This document shows positions 10,922 through 20,517 of a DNA stretch of 64,000 bases, piece by piece (positions within the stretch are counted from its first letter, which is position 1; the number at the start of each line of letters is the position of its first letter). Under the pieces are notes generated by a model. It was not told the origin of the DNA, did no database searches, and was given only the letters and a program-made list of their open reading frames with translations. The stretch comes from an uncultured delta proteobacterium (GTDB taxonomy: Bacteria; Desulfobacterota; Desulfobacteria; Desulfobacterales; JAFDCJ01), in assembly GCA_963769935.1 (NCBI GenBank), contig CAVYNY010000022.1:416001-480000 (forward strand), in the 5' to 3' direction. Position numbers and translations under genes: made by a program.

Positions 10922-11311
10922 TTAGGTCCCAGCTTCTTTCTTTATCTTTTCCAAAAGCGCTTTTACTTTGGCGACAAGTTTAGCATTCGAGAAAGGTTTT
11001 GTGATGTAGTCGTCCGCACCGAGTGCCAAACCTTTGGCGATTTCCTCCTTACGTCCCCTGGCAGTCAAAAAAATTATTTTAATGTCTCGATAATTGGGAT
11101 TCAAACGGACAATTTCACAAATTTGCCACCCGTCAATTCCCGGAAGCATGATATCCAGCAGCACGAGATCCGGTTTGTACTGGTAAATCAGATCCAGGGC
11201 ATCTTCTCCTCTTTGGGCTGTCATAACGCTGTAGCCTTGCTGCTCCATCAGAAACTGGATGGGTATCAGAATATCCAGCTCATCATCGACTATGAGAATG
11301 TCTTTCGGCAT
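10922..11311 (-). CDS. Single-domain response regulator
   Basis: ILIVDDE...LLDIMLPGIDG...FLTA...DYITKPF. Confidence 0.92.
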   Translation of the reverse strand: MPKDILIVDDELDILIPIQFLMEQQGYSVMTAQRGEDALDLIYQYKPDLVLLDIMLPGIDGWQICEIVRLNPNYRDIKIIFLTARGRKEEIAKGLALGADDYITKPFSNAKLVAKVKALLEKIKKEAGT

Positions 11312-11582
11312 TTAAAGGTACCTTCAGTCTACATGAATTTTCAATACGATCCGTTCCCCCAAATCCCCCAAAAAAAAACAAGCCACCCTTCAAAGGCGAC
11401 TTGGCCATTGTCAAGGACGGATCGCACTGAACCATCCTGAATTAAAAGGTCTTGCATTGTGTTGAACCTTCCGCAAAAATCCGAAGGCCTACGATATAAG
11501 AAATATTACGGGAGGTCAACTTTAAATCGATGTTCCTCAGCCGGCAAAGGCATGAACATCATAATACCATCTACCATTGTCA

Positions 11583-11605
11583 TTGTCTCAGCTTTAATGA
11601 GACAA
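11583..11605. promoter_or_regulatory. Perfect dyad, candidate transcription factor operator
   Basis: TTGTCTCA-N7-TGAGACAA. Confidence 0.45.
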
Positions 11606-11616
11606 AAACCGATTTA

Positions 11617-11728
11617 TTCCATGGGTTCTCTGGCGGCAAACACCATCCCTCTCTCCGAGCTATAGGCTCTACGAGCCGGAAGCTGGAGTGAAGTCAACGC
11701 CTGACCGTTTGAGTCAGGATTCTTTACT
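11617..11728. repeat. Dispersed repeat family A, copy 2, with nested ~32-bp unit B
   Basis: attccatgggttctctggcggcaaacaccatccct[ctctccgagctataggctctacgagccggaag]ctggagtgaagtcaacgcctg...attcttta. Confidence 0.8.
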
Positions 11729-12766
11729 TTACTTACGCTTTGCAGGTCGGCCTTCTTCCCTGAATCGTTTAAGCTTGCGCCACAACGCCGCCCGGCTGAT
11801 ACCCAGCAGCTCGACCGTTCTGGATTTGTTGCCGCCGGTTGCCGCCAACACCTCTAGAATGTATTGCTTTTCCATTTCGGCCAGGGTCATGAATTTTTTA
11901 GCGGCCGGCAAAGGAGCGGCAGCGGTCTTTTGAAAGCGGGGGGGAAGATTTTTGGGTTCAATGGTTTTACCGTCGGCCAGGATGACGGCGCGTTCGATAA
12001 TATGCTCAAGTTCGCGGACATTGCCGGGGAAGTCATAGGACATAAAGATGGAGATAACCTCCTCCGAGATGGATTCCACCGCTTTTTTAAACTCCTCGGC
12101 AAATCTAGCGAGAAAATAGCCGCATAAAGGGGGGATGTCATCCCGGCGCTCCCTCAGCGGAGGCATGTACAGCTCAAGGACATTCAAACGATAGTAGAGC
12201 TCCTGTCTAAATTTTCCCTCCTTGGCCAGTTGGCCGAGATGGTAACGACTGGCGGCAAAGATGCGCACATCAAACGGAAAATTATCGCCGCCGTCCAGCA
12301 GGGATACTTCTTTGCTGTCAATTATCTTCAACATGGACAACTGCATCTTCGGTGACATATCCTCGATCTGGTCCAGCAGGAGGGTGCCTCCCGATTCAGG
12401 CTGGTCAGCGGACCCGCGCATTTGGCTAATGCCGGGAAAAACCGCATTTTCGGGTCGGACGAGCTCTTCGATGAGCAGATCATTGCGGAAACAGCCGCAG
12501 TTGATCGCTACAAACCGGCCTTTTTTGCGGGGGCTTAAACCGTGAATGATTCGGGCGGCCAATTCCTTGCCGGTGCCCGTTTCACCGCGAATGATAACGG
12601 GACAATCCAGGACGGCCAGGCGCTCGATATTTTTTCGCAGCTCCCGCATCGCCTGGGTTTCGCCGATCATGCGGTACCGCTCGGCGGATAGGATGTGGTC
12701 CTTTTGGATGGCGGCGGCTGAGAGTGCCGGAGTCTCTGCCGTGGGGGATGTTTTTGCCATTTTCAA
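11729..12766 (-). CDS. Fis-type AAA+ (NtrC-family) regulator lacking a sensory domain, with degenerate GAFTGA and Walker B
   Basis: GETGTGKE, RQELYYRLNV, FPGNVRELEH and a C-terminal HTH (NKSRTVELLGISRAALWRKL). The GAFTGA region reads ENAVFPGI and Walker B reads LLLDQ. Confidence 0.85.
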   Translation of the reverse strand: MKMAKTSPTAETPALSAAAIQKDHILSAERYRMIGETQAMRELRKNIERLAVLDCPVIIRGETGTGKELAARIIHGLSPRKKGRFVAINCGCFRNDLLIEELVRPENAVFPGISQMRGSADQPESGGTLLLDQIEDMSPKMQLSMLKIIDSKEVSLLDGGDNFPFDVRIFAASRYHLGQLAKEGKFRQELYYRLNVLELYMPPLRERRDDIPPLCGYFLARFAEEFKKAVESISEEVISIFMSYDFPGNVRELEHIIERAVILADGKTIEPKNLPPRFQKTAAAPLPAAKKFMTLAEMEKQYILEVLAATGGNKSRTVELLGISRAALWRKLKRFREEGRPAKRK

Positions 12767-12768
12767 AA

Positions 12769-13575
12769 TTATTTCTTTTCGCCGTGATGCGATTCGATAT
12801 CTACGGCATCTGCCAGGTCGCCGCCGGTGGCCATGCCAGCCGCCGCCATCGATGTTTCGAGGCTTTGCAGCACTTTTCTTACAAATCCCCAGAATTTGCC
12901 CATATCGTCTTTTTCGAAATAAGACGAATTGAGAGCTTCGGTGGCCTCCCTGAGCTTGTCATCGCCGTGGGCGGTTAAGAGCAGCGTTTTAATGTCGGCA
13001 TCAATTTCTTTAAGCTTGGTGATCACCACCAGGCCGTCCATATCGGGCATTCTCTGATCGACCACCGCCAGATGAATTTTGGTCGTTTTGGTGATTGCAA
13101 TCGCCTCATTGCCGTTTAATGCCGTATAGGGTTCATAGCCTTTGAGTCGTATCCGCTCAGCCAGCGTATTAAGAAATTTCGGGTTGTCGTCCACCAGAAG
13201 AATATTGATGTTGCCCAACGGCAAATTCGACAAAAACGTCCAGAATCTTCCCATATCCTGTTTGTCAAAATAGGTTGAATTGAGGGCCTCGCTGGCTTCT
13301 TTGAGTTTTTCGTCTCCATGGCCCGTCAGCAGGATCGTTTGAATATCGGGCGTCAGGCTTTTTAGTTTCGTGATAACAACCAAACCCTCCATATCGGGCA
13401 TTTTTTGATCGACCACGGCCACATGGATATGCTGCTTTCCGGCAATATCCAGCGCCTGTTGGCCGTTGGCAGCCGTGAAAACGTTAAAGCCTTTCAGGCG
13501 GGTCCTTTCTGCCACGGCTTTCAGAAATTTTTCGTTGTCATCTACCAACAGAATATTTATTTTCTTTGCTTTCAT
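12769..13575 (-). CDS. Tandem receiver-domain (REC-REC) protein
   Basis: Two near-duplicate INILLVDDN...AVVDQ(K/R)MPDM...LLT(G/A)HGD units plus a short Ala/Gly-rich tail. Confidence 0.9.
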   Translation of the reverse strand: MKAKKINILLVDDNEKFLKAVAERTRLKGFNVFTAANGQQALDIAGKQHIHVAVVDQKMPDMEGLVVITKLKSLTPDIQTILLTGHGDEKLKEASEALNSTYFDKQDMGRFWTFLSNLPLGNINILLVDDNPKFLNTLAERIRLKGYEPYTALNGNEAIAITKTTKIHLAVVDQRMPDMDGLVVITKLKEIDADIKTLLLTAHGDDKLREATEALNSSYFEKDDMGKFWGFVRKVLQSLETSMAAAGMATGGDLADAVDIESHHGEKK

Positions 13576-13692
13576 AGGTCACCTTTCTTGCATTTCGGGT
13601 TCTGCGATGCGGGTAATGACTTCTGCCGCAACGTGGAATGATTCGGTGAACGGTCCGGTTGCTGATTGCATGCCGAACGGCGCCGGGGATGC

Positions 13693-14136
13693 TTAATGTC
13701 CCCCGCTGCCCAAAATTCCGGAAGCCGCCACGGATAATACAATGATTTCCAGGATGGCAATGACCAAAAATATCCAGTTTTTTTGGCGGACATATCCCCT
13801 GACTAACACCATGTAGCAAAAAATCGTCATCAGGGCGAGCAAGACAAAACCGATGTAGTTTAGAAAATCCCCTTTTACCAGCAGGGGGACCCAGCCCCAA
13901 CCATGGGGCGAATGGGTAATTTCCAGATATTCGCCGACGCCCTTGCCCCACAGCTTGGGGATAAGAGCCAGTTCAACATGCGACGGCAGTATTCCGGTAA
14001 GGTAAATTGCGTACGTCGTCACCAGAATAAAAATACCCGCCCATACGCCGATAATCAAAAGGTTGGCATAGATAATCTGCTCGCGCGACGGTTTAAGGGC
14101 TTCTTTATTTTGGGTGTCCATAATATTTAACTCCAT
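13693..14136 (-). CDS. DUF1634-family membrane protein
   Basis: EQIIYANLL...PHGWGWV..L.KGDFLNYIG...EIIVLSVAASGILGSGGH, directly downstream of a TSUP gene. Confidence 0.8.
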   Translation of the reverse strand: MELNIMDTQNKEALKPSREQIIYANLLIIGVWAGIFILVTTYAIYLTGILPSHVELALIPKLWGKGVGEYLEITHSPHGWGWVPLLVKGDFLNYIGFVLLALMTIFCYMVLVRGYVRQKNWIFLVIAILEIIVLSVAASGILGSGGH

Positions 14137-14154
14137 ATAGTTATCGTCATATTT

Positions 14155-15132
14155 TCAGCCTAAAAAACCAAGACCCAATCCTTTATCGATGGCTTTTAGT
14201 CCGGCAAAAAACAGCACGGCGATCACCATGTACCGGATCATTTTTGGCTTGGCAACGGCGAGAATCTTGACCCCGATCAGGGAGCCCAGCATCAAACCCA
14301 CGATCGATGGAACACCGATCAACGGTATGACACAACCCCTGTTCATATATATCCAGGCGGCCGACGTATCGGTGATGGACAGTAAAAATTTACTTGTGGC
14401 CACCGACACTTTCAGGGGTACCCCCATTAAAAGGTTGAGCACCGGCACGTTCGCCCATCCCGCTCCGAGCCCGAACATGCCGGCCAGCAGGCCGACGATG
14501 ATAAACATGCTCAGGCCCAGCAAGGTCCGATGGGTTTTCCAATCGACGCTTTCCCGCGCGCCATCGTCCCAGTATGCTCCCTGCAGCCCCAGGGCCAGCC
14601 CGATGGCATCCTGTTTTTTTATGACCGGTTTTTCAGTGTTCTTTGAAACAACCAGCAGGATGGCGATGCCCACAATGGTTGCTCCCAGGCAGACCTGGAT
14701 GATGTCGGGATTCAATGACGACAGGTACAGCCCCAGCATCGCCCCCGCAATGGAACAGGTGGATGCGATCAGAGCCACCGGCAGGGCCAGTCGCAGGTTG
14801 GCCAGGTTGCGCCGCAGCAGCCCTGGACCTGCAGCCAGGGCGCCGGCCAGTGCGACCATGAGTCCGACGCCTCTGACAAAATCAATGTGGAACGGGAAAA
14901 AACCGCTCACCAGCGGTACGTAGAGTACGCCGCCCCCGACGCCTGCCATTACGGCCAGAATGCCGAGGACCAGACAGAAAAAAAACAGGATGATCGGCCA
15001 GAACCACCAGGGCTTGCCGGCGGCAAACCCTGCCGCCTGTTCCGCAGCCAAGGCCACGGAAGGGCAGCTCGAGACGAAAACCATCAGCGATCCAAACAAC
15101 CACCTTGCAGAACGCGCTCGAATGTTTAGCAT
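14155..15132 (-). CDS. TSUP (TauE/SafE) family permease
   Basis: GILAVMAGVGGGVLYVP and AGMFGLGAGWANVPVLNLLMGVPLKVSVATS repeat motifs; multiple TM segments. Confidence 0.9.
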   Translation of the reverse strand: MLNIRARSARWLFGSLMVFVSSCPSVALAAEQAAGFAAGKPWWFWPIILFFFCLVLGILAVMAGVGGGVLYVPLVSGFFPFHIDFVRGVGLMVALAGALAAGPGLLRRNLANLRLALPVALIASTCSIAGAMLGLYLSSLNPDIIQVCLGATIVGIAILLVVSKNTEKPVIKKQDAIGLALGLQGAYWDDGARESVDWKTHRTLLGLSMFIIVGLLAGMFGLGAGWANVPVLNLLMGVPLKVSVATSKFLLSITDTSAAWIYMNRGCVIPLIGVPSIVGLMLGSLIGVKILAVAKPKMIRYMVIAVLFFAGLKAIDKGLGLGFLG

Positions 15133-15235
15133 TGAATCAACCTTTCAAAATAAATGTTTACAATTGAAACATACTTATATATATTGGGCCCTATAAAACA
15201 TTAAAATTCAACAGTCAATAAAAATATGTAGCAAT

Positions 15236-15607
15236 ATGAAACAATATCATTTATTAATTGTCGATGACGAAAAACGGTTTGCCGATATGCTGGCCAAACG
15301 GCTGATGCTAAGGGGCTGCCAGTGCGATGTTTGCTACAGGGGGCAGGAAGCGCTGGACCTTATCGAACGGAACAATTTCTCACTCGTTTTATTGGATCTT
15401 CACCTGCCGGATATATATGGCACCGAGGTTCTGACCCGCATCAAAAACGTCGATACACAGACCCCCGTTATTATTTTAACCGGACATGGGACGGAAAAAG
15501 ATCGCCAGGAATGCATGCAGCAGGGCGCCTACGCTTTTATGCACAAGCCCCTGGGGATTGACGAGTTGATGGCCATTTTGGCCAGGATCGCGGAGATAGC
15601 GGCATGA
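15236..15607 (+). CDS. Single-domain response regulator
   Basis: LLIVDDE...LLDLHLPDIYG...LTGHG...HKP. Confidence 0.92.
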   Translation: MKQYHLLIVDDEKRFADMLAKRLMLRGCQCDVCYRGQEALDLIERNNFSLVLLDLHLPDIYGTEVLTRIKNVDTQTPVIILTGHGTEKDRQECMQQGAYAFMHKPLGIDELMAILARIAEIAA

Positions 15608-17382
15608 ACGAGCGGTTCCGTAGAGCGTTAAAAGCAATACGGCCTGAATTTTATCGCCGGAAAAACAAGCACCTGAATCCTTATTTCACATTTTCAGATT
15701 ATCGTAAAATCTGGGCGATCGGTATTTCCACCTTGGCGACAGCGGCCCTGGTGCCCTTGCTGGTAGTGACCATTATCCATTACCGTCTCATAGAGAAGTC
15801 CGTTGATTCGGAGCTGATTCTTCGTACCGAACGACTGGCTTCCAACGCCCGACGGGCAGTCACTTTTTTTATGGAAGAGCGGCTGAATGCCTTGAGATTC
15901 ACCGTGAATGAAATTCGGTATGAGCAACTGACGGATTCCGCTCATCTCGGCGAGGTTTTAAGAAATCTCAAGCTGGGATTCGGCGGATTAACGGACCTCA
16001 GCGTGATCGACTATTCAGGTATCCAGGTTGCTTATGCCGGACCCTTTGAACTGGAAGGCAAAAACTACAGCAATCAAGTCTGGTTCATTGAATGCCTGAA
16101 AGGCAATTTTTATGTCAGCGAGATATTTCGCGGGTACCGGGATGTTCCCCATATCATTATTGCCGTCAAATCTTTCCGTCCCGACGGCAAGAATTTTATC
16201 CTAAGGGCAACCCTGGACACGGAACGGCTGATACAAACCTTGTCTTCATATGAAACCGGCGCGTATGCGGAAATTTTTCTCGTCAACCGCTCCGGCATCA
16301 TCCAGACGCCTTCAAAATACTATGGCGGCACGTTTGAAAAAATGTCGCTGCCAATGCCGCAATATTCCCCGAGAACTCAAGCCGTCATGACGCGCGATGA
16401 TCAAAAGCGATCCATCATTATGGGGTATGCATTTATTACAACCCAGATTGTCGATACCCCTTTTATTCTCATGGTGACCAAACAAAAGGCGGAGATGATG
16501 GCCATCTGGTTAAAGTTGCGCACGAACATCCAGTGGTTTGTCGGTTTCGGTATCTTGGTCATTCTGATTGTGGTCGTCATTACCTGTACCTTCATGGTCA
16601 ATAAGCTTTATCTGGCGGACAAGTCCAAGGCTGAAACCATGGCCTTGATGGAACAGAACAATCAACTTGTCTCAATCGGTCGACTGGCTGCCGGCGTCGC
16701 CCATGAGATCAACAATCCCCTGGCCTTGATTAACGAAACGGCGGGGTATGTAAAAGATCTGTTTGTTATCAAAGAGCAATACCGCCAAGATCCGGAATTG
16801 ATGGAGAACATTGATTATATTCTGGAAGCGGTCGAACGCTGCGCCACGATCACGAGACAACTTCTCGGGTTTGCGCGCAAATTCACCGTCAAAATTAAAA
16901 AGATCGACTTGAAAGATGTTATTTCAGACGTGCTCGTTTTTCATAATAAAGAGGCGGAGTATCGCAATATAACGGTCTCCGTGAACGTGCCGGAGAATAT
17001 GCCCTCAATTGAAACCGACCGGGGCAAGCTGCAGCAGATCCTGGTGAATCTGATCAACAATGCCTTTCAGGCTGTGGACAGCGGCTGTATCCTCGAAATA
17101 AATGCAGCACCCGCAGGTCCCGACAAGGTCAGCATTGCCATACGCGATAACGGATGCGGCATGTCGGAGGAGAATCTGCCGAAAATATTTGAACCGTTTT
17201 TTACCACAAAAGAAGGGGACAAGGGAACCGGGCTGGGCCTTGCCATCACATACGGTCTGGTCAAAAAGCTTCACGGAGACATATCGGTGAAAAGCAAAGA
17301 AAATGAGGGCACGACATTTACCATTACTTTGCCTACCCGGATTCAGGAGGTGATGGGTGAAAATGAAGGTTCTGCTGGTTGA
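15604..17382 (+). CDS. Membrane sensor histidine kinase (Cache-like periplasmic domain)
   Basis: Two TM helices; GRLAAGVAHEINNPL (H box), NLINNA, DNGCG, FEPFFTTK, GTGLGL. Confidence 0.95.
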   Translation: MNERFRRALKAIRPEFYRRKNKHLNPYFTFSDYRKIWAIGISTLATAALVPLLVVTIIHYRLIEKSVDSELILRTERLASNARRAVTFFMEERLNALRFTVNEIRYEQLTDSAHLGEVLRNLKLGFGGLTDLSVIDYSGIQVAYAGPFELEGKNYSNQVWFIECLKGNFYVSEIFRGYRDVPHIIIAVKSFRPDGKNFILRATLDTERLIQTLSSYETGAYAEIFLVNRSGIIQTPSKYYGGTFEKMSLPMPQYSPRTQAVMTRDDQKRSIIMGYAFITTQIVDTPFILMVTKQKAEMMAIWLKLRTNIQWFVGFGILVILIVVVITCTFMVNKLYLADKSKAETMALMEQNNQLVSIGRLAAGVAHEINNPLALINETAGYVKDLFVIKEQYRQDPELMENIDYILEAVERCATITRQLLGFARKFTVKIKKIDLKDVISDVLVFHNKEAEYRNITVSVNVPENMPSIETDRGKLQQILVNLINNAFQAVDSGCILEINAAPAGPDKVSIAIRDNGCGMSEENLPKIFEPFFTTKEGDKGTGLGLAITYGLVKKLHGDISVKSKENEGTTFTITLPTRIQEVMGENEGSAG

Positions 17383-17737
17383 TGATGAGAAAAAATTTGC
17401 CATGATGCTGGCCAAAAGACTGGCATTGCGGGAAATTGACGTCGACTATGTCTTTTCAGGCGCAGAGGCCCTGCTGAAAGTTGAAAATGCCGTTTATGAT
17501 GTGGCCGTCCTGGATGTTAAAATGCCGGGGCTTGGCGGGATCGAATTGGAGCGAAAATTGAAAATGCTGGCCCCCGGGATGAAAATTATCTTTCTGACCG
17601 GCCATGGGTCTAAAACCGACTTTGAAACCGGATCGGCAGAAGCCGCATATTATCTCGCGAAACCGATTCAAATTGAGGAACTGATAAAGATCCTGCATGA
17701 AGTAACCGGCCAAAGATTCCGGTCGACCAACCTTTGA
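17357..17737 (+). CDS. Single-domain response regulator
   Basis: VLLVDDE...VLDVKMPGLGG...LTGHG...AKP. Confidence 0.92.
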   Translation: MKMKVLLVDDEKKFAMMLAKRLALREIDVDYVFSGAEALLKVENAVYDVAVLDVKMPGLGGIELERKLKMLAPGMKIIFLTGHGSKTDFETGSAEAAYYLAKPIQIEELIKILHEVTGQRFRSTNL

Positions 17738-17805
17738 TTTTTAATATGGCGGAATAGGTGAGCTTCTGACGCACCATCGGCAGGATACAAAAAACGGGAG
17801 GCATC

Positions 17806-18468
17806 ATGACCAGTTCAGATGAAATTAAAAACAATAGTGATCTGGCTTTTTTCGGGAAAGTCAATGCAAGCATTTCACATGAATTGAAAAATATTCTGGC
17901 AATAATCTCGGAAGCAGCCGGGCTGCTGAATGATCTGACGGAACTGGCGGACAAGGGGAAAAAGGTCGAACTGGATATGCTGAGAAACTGCAGCCGTGAT
18001 ATTGTTGAAGAAATTCAGCGGGGATTCACCACTATCAAGCAAATGAATAAATTTTCCCATAGCGTGGACGACCCTCTTAAAAGCATCGATCTGATCGAGG
18101 TCCTGGCGCTGATGATTGATCTTGCCGGATTTTTAAGTTTTGCCGGCAAGGTCCGATTTGACCCGCCGCCGCAAGGCGCGCCGATCGTTTTGACATGTCC
18201 TTTTCGAATTCAAAATCTGTTATATCAGGCACTTGTCTTTGCATTTGAGTCGGCCGGTCCGGAGGCCGAGATTCAGGTTGCGATGCAACCGGACACGAGC
18301 GGTCACGTACGAATCATTTTTTCAGGTCTCGGACCAATAAATGACCGGCCATTTCCGCCAGACCAAACGCAGCGCATCGCAGATTCAATTGCTGTCGAGA
18401 TCCGGGTAAACACCGATTTCCAGCAAATCCATATTGTGGTGCCGGAAACCATCGAAAGCATAAAATAG
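17806..18468 (+). CDS. Cytoplasmic histidine-kinase-like protein (HisKA + degenerate ATPase domain); possible phosphotransferase
   Basis: H box ASISHELKNILAII is present; no recognisable N, G1, F or G2 boxes. Confidence 0.75.
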   Translation: MTSSDEIKNNSDLAFFGKVNASISHELKNILAIISEAAGLLNDLTELADKGKKVELDMLRNCSRDIVEEIQRGFTTIKQMNKFSHSVDDPLKSIDLIEVLALMIDLAGFLSFAGKVRFDPPPQGAPIVLTCPFRIQNLLYQALVFAFESAGPEAEIQVAMQPDTSGHVRIIFSGLGPINDRPFPPDQTQRIADSIAVEIRVNTDFQQIHIVVPETIESIK

Positions 18469-18607
18469 AGTCGGGCGCAACCTGCCTGGAATGAGACCGG
18501 TATGAAATGGAACTTGCCGACTCGCAAACAATTATTATAGTCTTAGTTGCGATTTTCCGGCATTTTAAGAAATTTTTCCATAGAAATTCCAAAAAACGGA
18601 GGACGCC

Positions 18608-19102
18608 ATGAGCACTGAAAATAAAATCAACCTGCTTTTGGTTGATGATGAGGTTAAATTTTTACAGTCGATCTCACAACGACTGGCGCTGAAAAACATT
18701 GATGTCACGGCGGCATCAAACGGTAAAGAAGCGATTGAGGCCGCTGAGAAAGGCTATTTCGATGTCGCGGTCGTCGACTTTCAAATGCCCGGAATGGACG
18801 GTACGCAGGTGCTGCAAACATTGAAAGAAAAGCACAAATATCTTGAAATCATTATGCTGACCGGACACGCCACCATCGACTCGGCCGTGGAGTGTACAAA
18901 ACTGGGTGCCTTTAAGTACCTGGAAAAGCCTTATGATTTTGAAAAACTCGTCGAGGTCATTAAGGAAGCTTACGAGAACAGGCTCAGAAAGAAATTCGAG
19001 CATAACCAAAAGCGGATTGAAGAGATCCAAAAATTATCGATGCGTGAATCCCCTTTAGGTCTGCTAAAGGCCCTGGCACGTCTGGACACCGAGGAGAAGT
19101 AG
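18608..19102 (+). CDS. Response regulator (receiver + short helical tail)
   Basis: LLLVDDE...VVDFQMPGMDG...LTGHA...EKP. Confidence 0.92.
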   Translation: MSTENKINLLLVDDEVKFLQSISQRLALKNIDVTAASNGKEAIEAAEKGYFDVAVVDFQMPGMDGTQVLQTLKEKHKYLEIIMLTGHATIDSAVECTKLGAFKYLEKPYDFEKLVEVIKEAYENRLRKKFEHNQKRIEEIQKLSMRESPLGLLKALARLDTEEK

Positions 19103-19260
19103 ACAATCCGGCTTTGCGGCAAGCCCGGGCAGGCACCCAAGCGCGGGTAAGAGGTCTTCCGGAAATAAATTGATTGAAATTCCTGCCAAACCCCCAGTAT
19201 CGACGAAATCCGGGAAACAAGCAACAGAGTTGCTGTCCAAGGGAATGTGAGGAGGAACAT

Positions 19261-20067
19261 ATGGGTATAATTACAATTTCCAGAGGTTCATATAGCAAGG
19301 GGAAGGAAACTGCTGAAAAGCTCGCTCAGGTTCTGGGCTATGAATGCATCTCAAGAGACGTCCTCCTGGAAGCCTCGGCCCATTTCAATATCTCTGAAGT
19401 AAAGCTGGTGCGGGCAATTCATGATGCACCCTCTTTTTTTGAACGTTTCCAGCATGGCAAAGATAAATATATCCTTTTTATCCGTGAAGCATTTTTAGAA
19501 CACATTAAAAAGGACAATGTGGTCTATCACGGACTGGCCGGCCATTTTTTTATCAAAGGGATTCCAAACATTTTAAAGGTGAGAATCACCGCCAACATCG
19601 AAGATCGAATCAAGGAAGAAATGAGACGCGAGAAGATCTCTGAAAAAGAGGCCCGCTTTATTCTGAAAAAAGATGATGAGGAGCGCAGAAAATGGAGTAT
19701 GCACCTTTATGGGATTGATACCAACGATCCCAGCCTTTATGATATTGTGCTGCATATCGATAACTTAAAGGTGAGTGACGCGGTCGAACTACTGACAGAT
19801 ATGGCCCGGCGGCCGTGTTTTCAAACAACACCGGAATCCCGCCTAATGCTAAACGATTTTGATTTAGCTGCCAAAGCGCATGCCAAAATATTCGATCGAT
19901 TTCCGGCTGCTGAAGTTAAATGCCAAGACGCCGTTGTTTTTGTTAAAATTGAAACGGCGTTGTCTCTGGAGGAAGAAGTTGGCGCTAAGATCAAAAATAT
20001 CCTGGCGGGTATAGATGGAATTAAAGAAGTTAAAGTAAATTCTGTTCCATTTGAAACCGGAGATTGA
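19261..20067 (+). CDS. Cytidylate-kinase-like (Cytidylate_kin2) protein with a C-terminal extension
   Basis: ATG after GAGGAGG; IITISRGSYSKGKETAEKLA..LGY, LKVRITA..EDR, DEERRKWS..LYG.D..DPSLYD. Confidence 0.8.
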   Translation: MGIITISRGSYSKGKETAEKLAQVLGYECISRDVLLEASAHFNISEVKLVRAIHDAPSFFERFQHGKDKYILFIREAFLEHIKKDNVVYHGLAGHFFIKGIPNILKVRITANIEDRIKEEMRREKISEKEARFILKKDDEERRKWSMHLYGIDTNDPSLYDIVLHIDNLKVSDAVELLTDMARRPCFQTTPESRLMLNDFDLAAKAHAKIFDRFPAAEVKCQDAVVFVKIETALSLEEEVGAKIKNILAGIDGIKEVKVNSVPFETGD

Positions 20068-20121
20068 ATAGTGATGCCGGCTTATTTGGCGGCGGTTAAT
20101 CCCAACATTGTAAAACCGGTC

Positions 20122-20160
20122 CTCTCTTTCTACGGTCCACAGGCTCTCCGAGCCGGAGGC
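20122..20160. repeat. Variant copy of short palindromic unit B
   Basis: ctctct...aggctctccgagccggaggc matches ggctctacgagccggaag of the nested units. Confidence 0.55.
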
Positions 20161-20432
20161 CGCCATGCCATTATTCCATATTTCCCCAAGGGGGCTCTGC
20201 TTAACCGGACATAAAGAATTCTCTTATCCCCCCAATCGGTGTATATTCATCAGAAATGCGAAATCCGATTTTAGGCGAAAGCGGAATTTGCAGGTCTTAT
20301 ATAACAATTTAAATTAATTTCAAATAGTTATAAGGAATAATTTTCGCGCGCTTTTCAAAAGAGAACAGGCAATTCCTGTTGACGCTGCCGTTTAAAGGAC
20401 GAAGCTGCTGTAAATACAATGTAGAGCTGGTT

Positions 20433-20448
20433 TGGCAGGTAAATTGCA
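20433..20448 (+). promoter_or_regulatory. Sigma54 (-24/-12) promoter
   Basis: TGGCAG-GTAAA-TTGCA (GG-N10-GC), 70 bp upstream of ATG 20518, with an AT-rich IHF-like tract at ~20300-20332. Confidence 0.6.
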
Positions 20449-20517
20449 CTGATCGTTGTCTTATGCCGTTGGTGCATGAACGGCATAAATGGTGAATCTT
20501 TTAAAACGAGAGGTGGT

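Noticed and set aside
14189..14923. Long antisense ORFs, such as this one and those at 38317, 53045 and 55975
   Set aside because: They are shadows of well-supported genes on the opposite strand.
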